Positions 1 to 13,359 of a stretch of 64,000 nucleotides of DNA are shown in pieces. A program made the position numbers and the translations under genes. This DNA comes from the human T2T-CHM13v2.0 reference genome, Homo sapiens: NCBI RefSeq assembly GCF_009914755.1, contig NC_060926.1; one strand, 5' to 3'. Numbering within the stretch: the first letter of the stretch is position 1; each line of letters begins with the position of its first letter. The notes below the pieces were generated by a model that was given only the letters and a program-made list of their open reading frames with translations, was not told the origin of the DNA and searched no databases.

Positions 1-570
1 TGGAAATTCTGGTCTGGAAAAAATTGGGGCTAATACTGAATACGCCCCATATTTAGTCACTCTGGTGCCCAGGGCATGCTTTGGGCAAAAACAGCTATGT
101 GTAAATGACAGAGAGAGAAAAAATTGAAAAGCTGACCACTTAGAATTATTATCCGCCAGAGCCTGGGCAGCTGTTTCATGGATTTTTCTCTTTAGTTTCA
201 TTTTTATATCCTTAAGTAAGTGTGACGCTGGAGAACAGAACTTCCTCACTTTTTCCTCAAGTACCAATAGCACTTTGAGCTGCTGACATTGAGTTTCAGC
301 AGTAAACCTGGAGCAGACTTGTACTGCTCCTTCTATGTCAGCCTTGGTAAATGGGGACATTTCTGAGTTTGGGTGCAAGCCTTCTACTAGGTAGTGAGGC
401 CCGTCTGGAAGAGGGAGCACCTGAAGGTCAGAGATTAAGATTTCCTTCAGGATGTAGCCTTGGTTTCCTCTTGGAGATTGTAAACAATGGGAAGATCAAT
501 TTTAAATCAAAGTAAGCAATTTTAATCACCCTGCAAAATCTCTGAGGCAAGTTACCTTAAGAAAAGATTG

Positions 571-1215
<645 letters not shown>

Positions 1216-1555
1216 AGAGAAGATTGGACTTTCCGGCATTCTAGGCAGGTTGTGACTTGGAATCAAAGTAATGTGAATATTAATGAATATGATGTTATTT
1301 TGTCCTGATAGAATGGCAATCTCTGCACTCTCTGGTTATACCTCTTTAAATTCAACCAAGTGCTATGTCTATATTTTTTAGTAATTTTTTAATAACTTCT
1401 AGCCATTTCCAAAGGGGCCAGAAGGAGCCATAATAGACAATGAGTCAGTCAGAACCAACTATTCATAATTTTTTACTGCTAAGTTTCTGAGAGCTGCCTT
1501 GTACCAGATTGCCTTGTATCAGACCTTCCAGGTCTCTCTCTATGAACATAGCCAT

Positions 1556-2105
1556 TGAAGGGAATCAGGATATCCTCCCAAAACATGCCACTTTGGTAAA
1601 AGAATTATTTTGAGCTGAAGGCAATTGAGAATCAGCAAATGAAGGAAGAATTCTTTGCCTTCCTTTTTTCTACCTGAAAGTAGGGCGTAAATTTCCCTTT
1701 CTGAAGGTGATATAAATTTCCCTTGTGTAGGTGTTCTCTCTCCCATACCAGGAAAAGGAGAATGACTCATTCCCTGACAGTAGGCACTGAGATGAGTGTG
1801 CATAAACAAACTTTACTAAAATAACCCTTATCTTCCATTAATTCCCCCCATATATTTCCCACTCGCTTTCCCACAGTGGTCATCCTTTCAAGCCCAAACC
1901 CCCTTCCCTTTGTTAAAATGGTATTTAAGCCACAAGTCTCACTACTTCTTTGATATTTCCTTCTTTTCTGTGAATTCTATACACATAAAATATTAATAAA
2001 TATCGTATGCCTTTTCTCCTGTCAATCTATCCTTTGTTAGTTTAATTCATAAGCCACCAGACATTGAACCTAAGAGGGTAGAGGAAAAGTTTTCCCTCCC
2101 TGACA
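1556..2105 (+). mobile_element. ERV1-class solo LTR (MER34/MER39-like)
   Basis: TG...CA ends, 4-bp TSD ccat (1552-1555, 2106-2109), internal AATAAA, start resembles the MER34/39 consensus (aaacatgccactttgg...ttattttgagctgaaggcaattgagaa). Confidence 0.8.
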
Positions 2106-4226
2106 CCATTCTGTAATTTCCCATCTTAGATTTTGTTGACAATCCTGTTTTATCTTCGGGTCATATGTATTTTTATACAAGACACTTTTGCTCATTATTT
2201 GAGATAACCAGAATAAGACACACTGCTCCTGGTAACTAAATTCCATATATAATCGTGCCTAGGAAATATTAACTTCAGTAGACCTTGTTCTAAATATGTC
2301 TTTATTATTGTGTTCAGATTTTGGTTTTCAGTTCTTGGAGGAATCTAAAAAATGAGAAACGGTCTTAGAAGATGGCAGTCATGATGGAGAAGTTTCTGAA
2401 AATCATAACATGCTGAATTTAAAAAGAAAAAAATAAGGAAAAAGAACCAGATGTTTCTCTAGATATTTCAAGTCTAACCAGGTATTTCAAGTGGAGAGAG
2501 AGTAAGGAGGAATAGTAGTGCTTTCATTAAATGACAGAATATGTATAGTAACCCAGAGAGCAAAAGAGGATTGATGTAAAGCCTTAAAAATGTGTAAAAT
2601 ATTTGACCTAGAAATGCTACATCTATCATTGTATCCAAGCTCTGAAAATAACTAGTTTTATGAAAGATAATTACAATATCTATAATTTCCAAAATAAAGG
2701 AAAATAAATGTGTACATATAGGTAATTATTTAAATAAAATATCTATAAGCATACAGTATAGTAGTACGTAAACATTAAAATGATATTGTAGAAATGTTCA
2801 CTGACCTGAAAACCAATGATTATAACAAATTAAAAGTGAAAGGCAGTTTATATATATTTTTTAAATGACATAAATTTTAGCCATTTTAAGTAAGGCTTTA
2901 AACTTTTTTTATTGTAGAATCATAAGTCTACAATAAAAGTTTCTGATATCTTTAAATGTTGGTATTTTGCCATTTTTTATAATTTACTACATTAGCATTA
3001 ATGTTATATGACTTCGACTTTGATTTTGATTAATCTAAATCCTTTTACAGTGTGCTTCTTAAACAACTTTTTAAATATCAGATGAGAATATACAAACTAG
3101 CACTTTAATCTGGTTTGAGCACACTATATATTATCGCAATATTTTAAAAACTACTTCAAATGGCTGCTCTTATCTTAGATAATTTACTATTCTGTCCTTA
3201 TTATTAAAATATGAACATTTTGCTGTCACTACTACCCAACTCCTGACACTCCCAAATAAATAATACTGTAAAATTTACTGACTAGAAATATATATGTGGG
3301 TGTAAATATAAATATATTACTAAGAAAAAGGTTAAAGTATGAATATTGTCACAAATGAATGATCTTTAGTGTTCTCATTTGCCATGTCCCTATCTTTCAC
3401 AAATAATTTGATATGATATATTCACTTAAAAATAAAAACATGTAAAACCTCCACATTATAGCTTATTTCATGGGAAAAAGTTGCCTATTTCAATAATCAT
3501 TTACCAAAATATTATGTCATAGCAACTCAGCACTTTAAATTGGACAGGAAACCTGCTAGCTAGAAGCGTACTCTTGAATCAGAAAATGAAAAAAAAATGT
3601 AGTTTATAAAGTGAGTATCGTCCTATAATTTTTTATTTTATAGTTTATTTCACCATGAATGTTATGTTTTATACGTAAATTATAAAATAAACAAAAACAT
3701 ACCTGGCCATTTTTTAAAAACTCTGAAAGAACGTTATGTTATCATTTCATTGAACCCTTATGCTTATACCTGGAAATCTACTAGTTGTGTTCTCAGTACA
3801 TTAGAAATAAATCACAATATAATGTTTCTGAATAGGAAATATAATTCTGAATTTGAAGATACATACGGTCCTCATTGTATTTGGAATTTAAAGATAAATA
3901 GTCATCTTAACGATTTAAAAATTGTTTTAAAGATAGGGCAGTAAATTATTTGGAAATATCATTTTGGTTATATGGATAATCACAATATATATAATTTCCA
4001 AGAAAAGGAAAATAATTTAAATGTGAATACATAGGTAATTACCTAGCTAAAATATCAGACAGGCACACAGTGAAATACACCAAGTATTCTTCAACTTTCA
4101 CTAGATCTCTCATAAACGGAATTCTTCATAAAACATCTTGATGGTAAAATAAAATATGAGAAAAAAATAAATGAAATGACAATATTTAATTTGCATAGAA
4201 ATGACTTGGAGGCATATTAGCTATTT

Positions 4227-4230
<4 letters not shown>

Positions 4231-4280
<50 letters not shown>
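4231..4280. repeat. (CA)25 microsatellite
   Basis: Perfect CA run. Confidence 0.97.
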
Positions 4281-4283
<3 letters not shown>

Positions 4284-4380
4284 TTCAAGGGAGCTGTCCA
4301 GATGAATTTCCAAAGCATAGAATATGGTTAAATAACATTGAAATTTTACTCACATGGTATTTGTTATATAGCCACTTTCT

Positions 4381-4673
<293 letters not shown>

Positions 4674-5809
4674 GGCCACTTTCTATAACTATGGAGCTTT
4701 TATATATTCTACTGTTCCTCTAATGGAACTATAAGAAATAGTTTTCAATTTTTAAAAGTCTTATATATTTCTCAATTAAAGACAATACTAGAGATAATGA
4801 GATCAAATACATCCTTAAGAGAAAAAATGATTTTTTTAAATCTAATTTCTTAGCGGTCCTCACCAAGCCACAAGTATTATTTGTCTTACTATTATACTAA
4901 CTAAAGAGCCTTCTTGTAAAGGTTCTGTGTCACCTACCTGTCTTTCTAAATCTCATCACATAGCTTTAGACAATGCACTTATCTCTATGGTAAGATAACA
5001 GAATCTTTTTTTCCTCTCATCTATAATCTTATTAGGAGTCAACTCAGCACAAAATAATCTCATCATTGGCCTTCTGAGTACTGTTCATTTTTGATATATC
5101 TATATAAAAACTACGAACAATAACACCCACAATTAAAAACCTTAAAGCATAGTATTTTTAAAATGTGCACATAGTTATGAGCTCTTCTTTTATCCTAGAC
5201 TACTCAGAATATTTCCTGAATGGCTATAGTTTAAATATGGAACAATATTAATCAGAATTAAATTGATACAGATGTCTATTTCAAAGTTGTAATGTTTAAT
5301 ACTTTTCTTACACCATATCAGATAACGCTGATACTGATTATGAAAAGAGAGAAAAACAAGTCTAAACACAATGATATTCAGGCACTCATTATTTTTAAAA
5401 TATATCTAAATCTAGGTATATATAGCCCCCAAAATTTCTATAACAAGAGGCCATCTACCTAAGTCTAGATTGGGCTGAATAAAATTGCTGAGTAAAAAGG
5501 GCTTCTATCTGATTAAGTTCAGTTTAAGACAATTAAACTCGCCAGATGAGGACACAATTCCAAGATATCCACTACATTCCAACATGAGATAATACCTGGA
5601 GTATATGAGCAGACTTCAGGAGTAATCTCTTCAGTTATCTTGATTTATTCTTATATTCTTACTCTAATTAAAATGCTGTTGTGATTATATTAACTCAAAC
5701 ATCTTTTATTAATATAAAACACTCTGTTATTTTCCACTCTAAACACTGTACTACTTCTTTTTTAAATAAAGAAGAGACATAGGGGCAATATGTAACAATT
5801 ATGTCCCTG

Positions 5810-5850
5810 CTCTATATCTATCTATCTATCTATCTATGTCTATCTTTCTA
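5810..5850. repeat. Short (TCTA)n repeat
   Basis: tctatctatctatctctatgtctatc-type run. Confidence 0.7.
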
Positions 5851-7639
5851 TGTACATACACACATTTTCAAATTCGTTCATTTTTAAATAATATAAATAG
5901 TGAACAATGTATTTTTCCCTGAAAATGATTCCAGATAAAGTTAAAATTTAGCAGTTTACAAAGAAGAAACAATCACTATTTAATGCTTTTAAGTATGAAA
6001 TAGCTGATATGGTTTAATTATTCCATTTATGTTAATAAGACCATCTTCTGATCATCAATTATAATCTGGTTACAAAAATAGTAGTATGATATACTTTGAG
6101 ATTGTTGTATTTATCCATTGTGCTAAGTAATTAGCATTAAGAGGAGCAATCTGTTGGAACATAGTATTTTAAAGTGACAAAAATTGCTGGACGAGTATCA
6201 CATATAGTCCTTTGGAGATTTCACATAGTACTTTTCATGTAAATTTTGATAGGCAATTACTTTTCATTAATGGTGGTTTGAGTACTTAGAGAAGACAACT
6301 ATGTACTGTACTTAGTGCTGGGCAAATTGCCTGGATATACTTCATATATTGCTGTTACTTTAATGAATAGTGTTATGGCAATTAGAAGACTGATGGCTTA
6401 GAACATTTAGGTAGATGTATTTGAAGGTCCTTGAACTAAGTGACATTGCTCAGTGCGCACTGCAAAGTAACTTATCTCTTTTGAAAAGTATGATTTGAAA
6501 GCAGAATCACCTAAGATATTTAGCATAATTATAGTGCATTTAAAATAACCTGGATTGTATATATCAAATTACAGATGAAAGTGCAATACAAGTGTAACAA
6601 TTAATCGCTAGATCTTTCACTGAAAAGTGGTTGTAAACACAATATTTAAGTAAATAGAATACCATTAAATCTTTTAAAATGATATGTTATTTGTCATGCT
6701 TCTCTTTATTTGTATTATCTTAAGTAGGACATTCTCACAAAAGTCAGGTATAAATATTATAATAATTATATGAATACCTAATATAATTGTACTGATGATT
6801 ATTCATTTATCTAAGAAAATTAATGTTTCAATCCCTGAGACAGGCAGCAGCTGGGATTATTTTTCTAAATTATTTTAAAGATTTAATTAAGAGAACTATT
6901 CTCAAGCATTATAGTCCATATTCCGTGAATGCTTTCTACTGAGTAATATTTCATAAATATATGATCTCAGAAAACTGGTGTCTAGAGATAATTCTTCCCC
7001 CCAAAACCCAATCTTCTTTTAAAGAAGGTAAGTTACCAATTTCTCCACAGCTAGATAATTTTAACTGCTATATTCCATAAACATAAATAATTCACGCTTT
7101 AATTTTAGAATATTTGAAATTGAAACAACAAACTTCTTCAAAGCTAAGTTTGTTCTAAGTAACTATAATTATTTTATTTATATGACTAGTTTATAGTTTA
7201 TTATTTCTATAAACATTAACTATAACAGCTTGAAATATTTACTAGAAATTTCTCTTATTAAAATGCATAATAATAGTAACGTTGGGTATAATAAATTGGA
7301 AATAAAGCAAAACACATGAAGCAGAACTAATTCCTTCATCATTAATAATCTTATACACATGAAAGATACAAGCTTTCAATAAATGTTATAGATCACTATT
7401 TTTTGCTCATTGTAAATATATGCATAAATTAATTATGTAATCTATTTCAGTATAATACTTTAATGGCAGCAATGAAACCATATGAAACATAAGCTATTTT
7501 TTAACTAGAATAAAGGTTCTGTAGAGAGGGAAATAAGTTCTATACCTAAGGCACTTAAAAAAGAAAAAAATAAGCCTCTCCTTCTAAATGCAAAGGTGTT
7601 TAAAAATATGACAAAATAGTCAGTTTGCATTTCCTGTTT

Positions 7640-8010
7640 TCGCTTCCTTATGTGTTCTTCCCGCAGGTACCTGAATGACTCACTCCGGACTTCCTTCAGA
7701 TTTTTGCTCAACTGTCACGTCTCAGTGAAAACTGCCATATCTTCTCTACTTAAAATTCTAATTTTTCAGGCTCCTTCCTCCTAACCCAACTCTACACTCC
7801 CTAATCATATGCCCTGCTTGAATCTTCTCCATTAGTATCTTTCACCATCTGATAAACTTGATTTGTTTATTTGCTTATATGCTATTTTCCCCCACTGGGA
7901 ATATAAGCTACCTAAGGACAGGGAATTGTTACCTGTTTTATACTCTGCTGTTTTCCTAGAACCTAAGTAGTGACTGGCTCATGATAGTCACTTGATAAAT
8001 TGTTGAATCA
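7640..8010 (+). mobile_element. L2 3' fragment
   Basis: aatataagctacctaaggacaggg...cctagaacctaagtagtgactggctcatgatagtcacttgataaattgttgaat resembles the L2 3' end. Confidence 0.7.
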
Positions 8011-8345
8011 GTAAACAAATCAAAATTAGAGCAAATAAATAAGTTATCAGTATTATAACAGTACATAAATATAAAAATGAAGAAAATCCTGACTCTTGAT
8101 TAAATTACATTTAAAAGAAAAAAATAAACAGAAAAGAAGGATATTCTCTTCCTACCCTTCTCTGCCCACTTTACAAGAAACTTTTATACCATCAGGTTTT
8201 ATAAACACCAAATGCTCTCTTTCATTTATTTTTTAAGGGTTTTTTTGTTAACCAAAATTTGTAATGATGGGCCCAGAGTCACAGTTTCAGGCCTCATAGA
8301 GGCAATTGGCTATGAAGGTTAGAAGGGGTATTTTTTGTACAGTGC

Positions 8346-8572
8346 AGGTTTCTCAACCCCAGCACTATTGGCATTTTACCCCAAATAGTTCCTTGTTATG
8401 GGGGCTGTCCTGTCCCTGTGCCTTGTAGGATATTTACCAGCATCATATTGTCAACCTGCTAGATGACAGTAGCAACCCCCTTTTCCCTGCACAGTTAGTA
8501 TTGTTTAAAATGTCTTCAGACATTGCCAAATGTCTCCTGGTGAGCAAAATCTCCTGGAGCTGAGCATCACTG
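8346..8572. mobile_element. MER20 (hAT-Charlie DNA transposon)
   Basis: caggtttctcaaccccagcactattggcatttt...aaaatgtcttcagacattgccaaatgtctcctgg...gagcatcactg. Confidence 0.8.
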
Positions 8573-8760
8573 GTGTATTGGGAAGAACTCTGGCTTTGGA
8601 AATAGACAGACTTATGTTAGAGACCCAGTTTTGACCGTGATCAATCCAGTTTTCAGAGGTAATACAGTCGCATTATCTCCATCACACAGTTACTATGTCT
8701 ATTAGCACTAATGTGTGTAAGTTATCCGGAACAAAGTAGATGCTCTGTAAATAACAGTTA
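8573..8760 (+). mobile_element. MIR fragment
   Basis: ggaagaactctggctttggaaatagacagactt...acaaagtagatgctctgtaaat. Confidence 0.55.
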
Positions 8761-8941
8761 CTGATATAAATTCTGCATCACAGTGGTTAAAAAATATATA
8801 ATTAATTTATACATATTAAAGTTTTTTTAAATAAACGCATATATATGATAAAAGCTGGAGCAGTCTATACAGACTTTTAAAACATATTTGCAATTAAAAT
8901 ACATTTTAAAAGTAACACAAATTAATATACAGTCTTACTTC

Positions 8942-9287
8942 TGCTATGAACTGAATTATGTCCCCCTTCCCAACCCAATTCACATGTTGAAGCCCTAAGG
9001 AGATGGGGCCTTTGGAAGGTAATTAGTTTTAGATGAGGTCATGAGTATGAGGCCATCATGATGGGATTAGTAGAGACACCAGAATGCTTGCTTTCCTTCT
9101 CCTTCTTGATGTGTAAGAACCCGTCAAGAAGGCTATAAAGCAGGAAGAGAGCCCTCACCAGGAACCAAATTCACCTGCACCTTGACTTTGGACTTTCCAG
9201 CCTCCAGAGCTCGAAAAAATACATTTCTGTTGTTTAATCTACCCAGTTTATGGTACTTCGTTAAGGCAGCCCAAGCTGTCTAACACA
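8942..9287 (+). mobile_element. MaLR LTR (MLT1A/B-like)
   Basis: tgctatgaactgaattatgtcccc...catgttgaagccctaa...ggactttccagcctccaga...ggcagcccaagctgtctaacaca. Confidence 0.8.
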
Positions 9288-9528
9288 ATTCCATTTTTAA
9301 TTCCTGCATAATATTTCACTGTTACAGATATTCTATGATTCATTTGGCTAGTCCTTTATAATGCAGATGTAGATTTTTCCCCAGACTTATGCAATTACAA
9401 ATACCACTGCAAAGGACAATGTTTGCATATATCTCAGTGCATATATAACTTAGTATATCTATAGGACAGATTCCTAGAAGAAATGCAGGCTTTCAAATCT
9501 AAACATCATGGATTAAAAAGTTTGCTGC

Positions 9529-10166
9529 GGACGAAGAGGTTCCAAGATGGCCAAATAGGAACAGCTCGAGTCTACAGCTCCCAGCCTGAGTGATGCAGAA
9601 GACGGGTGATTTCTGCATTTCCAACTGAGGTACCAGGTTCATCTCACTGGGGCTTGTCGGACAGTGGGTGCAGGACAGTGGGTGCAGCCCACCGAGCATG
9701 AGCTGAAGCAGGGTGAGGCATTGCCTCAGCCAGGAAACTCAAGGAGTCAGGGAATTCCCAAATGTCCATCAATGATAGACTAGATTAAGAAAATGTGGCA
9801 CATATACACCATGGAATACTATATTGCCATAAAAAAGGATGAGTTCATGTCCTTTGTAGGGACATGGATGAAGCTGAAAACCATCATTCTCAGCAAACTA
9901 TCGCAGGGACAAAATACCAAACACCGCATGTTCTCACTCATAGGTGGGAATTGAACAGTGAGAACACTTGGACACAGGAAGGGGAACATCACACACTGGG
10001 GCCTGTCATAGGGGAGGAGGAGCGGGGAGGGAAAGCATTAGGAAATATACCTAATGTAAATGACGAGTAAATGGGTACAGCACACCAACATGGCACATGT
10101 ATATATACGTAACAAGCCTGCACATTGTGCACATGTACCCTAGAACTTAAAAGTATAATAATTAAA
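9529..10166 (+). mobile_element. L1PA (about PA4-PA6) with both termini and a ~5.5 kb internal deletion
   Basis: L1 5'UTR start (ccaagatggccaaataggaacagctc) to 9759 fused to the ORF2 end/3'UTR (aaatgtccatcaatgatagac...); TSD aaaaagtttgctgc (9515-9528, 10167-10180). Confidence 0.92.
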
Positions 10167-11918
10167 AAAAAGTTTGCTGCACTATTTATTAACTATGTAA
10201 CTGAGCAGTTAATTTAGGCTAGCTGAGCCTCAGCTGAGATTTCTAGAATAAGCAATGTTAAGGGTACGTCTCTTAGGGGATTGCTGCGAGAATTACACAA
10301 GTATAGAATTGTAAATTAAATACTAGAATGTTTTTTAAAAATTTAGACTAACAATTATTACTGTTAAAAATAATAATGTTGTTCGGCCTGGTTATGAGAC
10401 TACCTTTAAGAACCCAATACTCTCTACAAAGTTTTTGTTTTGTTTAACTCTTTTACTCTTGGTGTGAGTTTAAATTTTTGTTTTTGTTTTCCTTCCATTA
10501 AGCTATTTATTTTCTATGAAAACAGACACAATCCAATACATTCCTTCTTTCCTTGCATTTCTATATACATATGTACATGTAGTACATGCCAGAAATGATT
10601 GGCTATATTTTATACATCTTTCCTCTTACTCATTTTCTCCCCATTTCAATTCAAATCCTAATATCTTAACTTTTTATTTTAATATGTGTTTCAATAAATA
10701 CTTAAATTCTACAATATATTTATGGCCATGGTCATTTTACATAAAATGGCCATTTTACATAAACATTTGTCTGCTTGTGCTGAAAATATATTTTGGTCAC
10801 AGTGGCAGGTGTTTGTGTGTGTGGCCATTATTCTATTTATTCATATATTTTACTATTATTGAGATGTACTAAATATAAAGTGTCTTGCTGTGTGTTATGA
10901 GTGAAACATATATGAATAAAGTGTGGTCCCAAATTATGGAGAAGCGAGACCTGTTCGTACATGATTATTTTAGGAGACAAAAATACTCCACTGTATTAGG
11001 AAAATACGAATGCATTCAGAGAAGAGAAAGATCGCCAATCACACTGGGGTAAGCAGACATAGCCTTGAAACGTGGATGGTGTTTCACCCATTAGGGCAGC
11101 TAATGAACAGGGAACACACTCAAGGAACAACAAGGCAAAGAGAAATAAGTAGGGCATAATTACATAAAGAAGGAACAGTTTACCCGGATGTAGTGCACAT
11201 GACTGAAGTAGGGATAGAGGAGAACAAAATGAGAGGAAGAGTTACGGGAGCAAGGCTCTTCCTTATGGTAAAACAGTACTTGACTTGAGTCACAATCCCA
11301 GAGCGTTCATCTTACAGGACAGGGTTTTAACAAATCTTACTAATTTTTTTTTTTTTTTTGTCTATAATGTGAGACTAATAATGCTAATAATGCTTTGGAT
11401 TTTAACAAATCTTATTGATTCTAAGTTTCTTTATAAGGTGAAACTAATAATGCTGTGATAACAAGATTTAGTAAATGAAAATGAAAGAAAATGAGCATTT
11501 CTGAGTAACGCTCATTTATTTCAGCCTTTGAAAGTGGCTAAGTAGGTAATGCCACAGCAGGTCCTAATACAGCAGATTTTGAAAGTTTGCAGATTGGAGA
11601 TAGAGAGAATGAGAGGAAGGTAAGAGGCAACTGCTGTAGCTCCGACAAGAAGTTAAGTTCCTAACCAGAGTGTGAAAGGAAAACAAACGACAACAACAGT
11701 AATGAAACAAACAAAAAGACAGGGCTATCAAATACAAAAATAAAGTTAGCCATACAAATACATTTGAGGATCAAGGAAAAAAACTGGCCCCAGTTCCCTC
11801 TGAGCTTAAGGCAAACACTTGGGAGAAACTATAGAACCGCTATAGAAAAAAAATAATCACGAGAGGAGCTGCTTTAGAAGTGACAATTCAATTTCATTCT
11901 ACTCAACAAGCAATTTTC

Positions 11919-12583
11919 CAGTGGTTGTCAATGGAAGGTTTCCATTCTCTTGGGGGAATTAAGGAAATTTGTAAGGTCATTTTTGGCTATCAAAATCACT
12001 AGGGACTATTACTGACATTTAGTGGAGAAGGAGTCAAGGATGATAAATATCTTACAAAGCACTGAAAATAAAAATTGTCCTATTTCCTATGTCATCATTG
12101 AATACCCCAGTGGACATTTATATTGATGAAAAATCTTGTTTACAGGTATCTGAACCCAGAATGTAACTCTATTTTATATCTAAAGACAAAGCATTTTCTA
12201 CATGGGTTTAAGAAATACTAAATTATCCACGAATATAATTGTTCTTTATATTGTTCAAAATGTTACCAAAAATTGTTCACCACTTCAGAAAAATCAAGCC
12301 ATCAACATCAATTCCACTTGTTATTTTAGAGCTAACAGCACAGCATACCTGCATCAGTCTGCATTTTTAGCTATTTCACTTCTAGTGATGCTTTATATGA
12401 GAAAAAGCAGCTATTTCTTCAGATATAGTATGCCCAAAGCATTTGTAAATTGAATTGATTTTTTTTATTTTAAATTACTTTGCTGTTATTTCTCATTTTA
12501 TTACAGTCAGGGCATTACATTTTATTTGTTACTTAAAAAAGGGAGGCATTGACCAGAGCCAATCCTATAAATTCAAGACCATT
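11919..12583 (+). mobile_element. MER20B-like DNA transposon
   Basis: cagtggttgtcaa start; internal gttaccaaaaattgttcaccacttcagaaaaatca and catacctgcatcagtctgcattt match the remembered MER20B consensus. Confidence 0.75.
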
Positions 12584-13019
12584 TTTAAAAACCCTCAAAG
12601 GTGCAGTTTTCAACGAGTCACTTTTTTAGCAGAATGGAAAGAGAGGTGCATATGTGAATTCTTAGTTAAGTAGATTCAATCTAGTCAAGCTGTCCTTATA
12701 AGGGACCATCCCTGACTCTTACATTCACGTGCTTACAAACACTGCTGTCTCTCCTCTAGGTCTCTTCCCATTCTAGCCTTCATCCAGGGCCAATTTCAAT
12801 CCTACATGCCTCATGAAGTCCCCCTCTGAAGACATTTGGAAGTCTTACTTGCATTTTTATACAATGATTTGCACGGATCAGTTTTATATGTATCAATCTG
12901 TTTTCCCCTTTCATCAGCATTTCTAATGCCATGGCATTATCTTACAACTCTCTTCTGTCCTTCATAATACTTAAGCACTTAAGCCCTGAATAAAAGTGGT
13001 CAGTATTAGTCCTATTGAA

Positions 13020-13021
<2 letters not shown>

Positions 13022-13052
<31 letters not shown>

Positions 13053-13359
13053 CCGAGATGGAGTCTCCCTCTGTCTCCCAGGCTGGAGTGCAGTGGCGCG
13101 CGATCTTGGCTCACTGCAACCTCCACCTCCCGGGTTCAAGAGATTCTCCTACCTCAGCGTCCTGAGTAGCTGGGACTACAGGCACATGCCACCATGCCCG
13201 GCTATTTTTATTTATTTTATTATTTATTTATTTATTTTTTTAGTAGAGACAGGGTTTCACTGTGTTAGCCAGGATGGTCTCCATCTCCTGATCTCGTGAT
13301 CCACTCGCCTTGGCCTCCCAAAGTGCTGGGATTACAGGCATGAGCCACCACACCTGGCT
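13022..13359 (-). mobile_element. Alu (Sc/Y-like) with long A tail and (TTTA)n-expanded linker
   Basis: T-run ~31 nt, gttagccaggatggtctc, ttta repeats at ~13205-13240. Confidence 0.92.

Noticed and set aside
10516-10872. 118-aa hydrophobic ORF
   Set aside because: F/Y/I/L-rich product of T-rich intron with no splice or homology support
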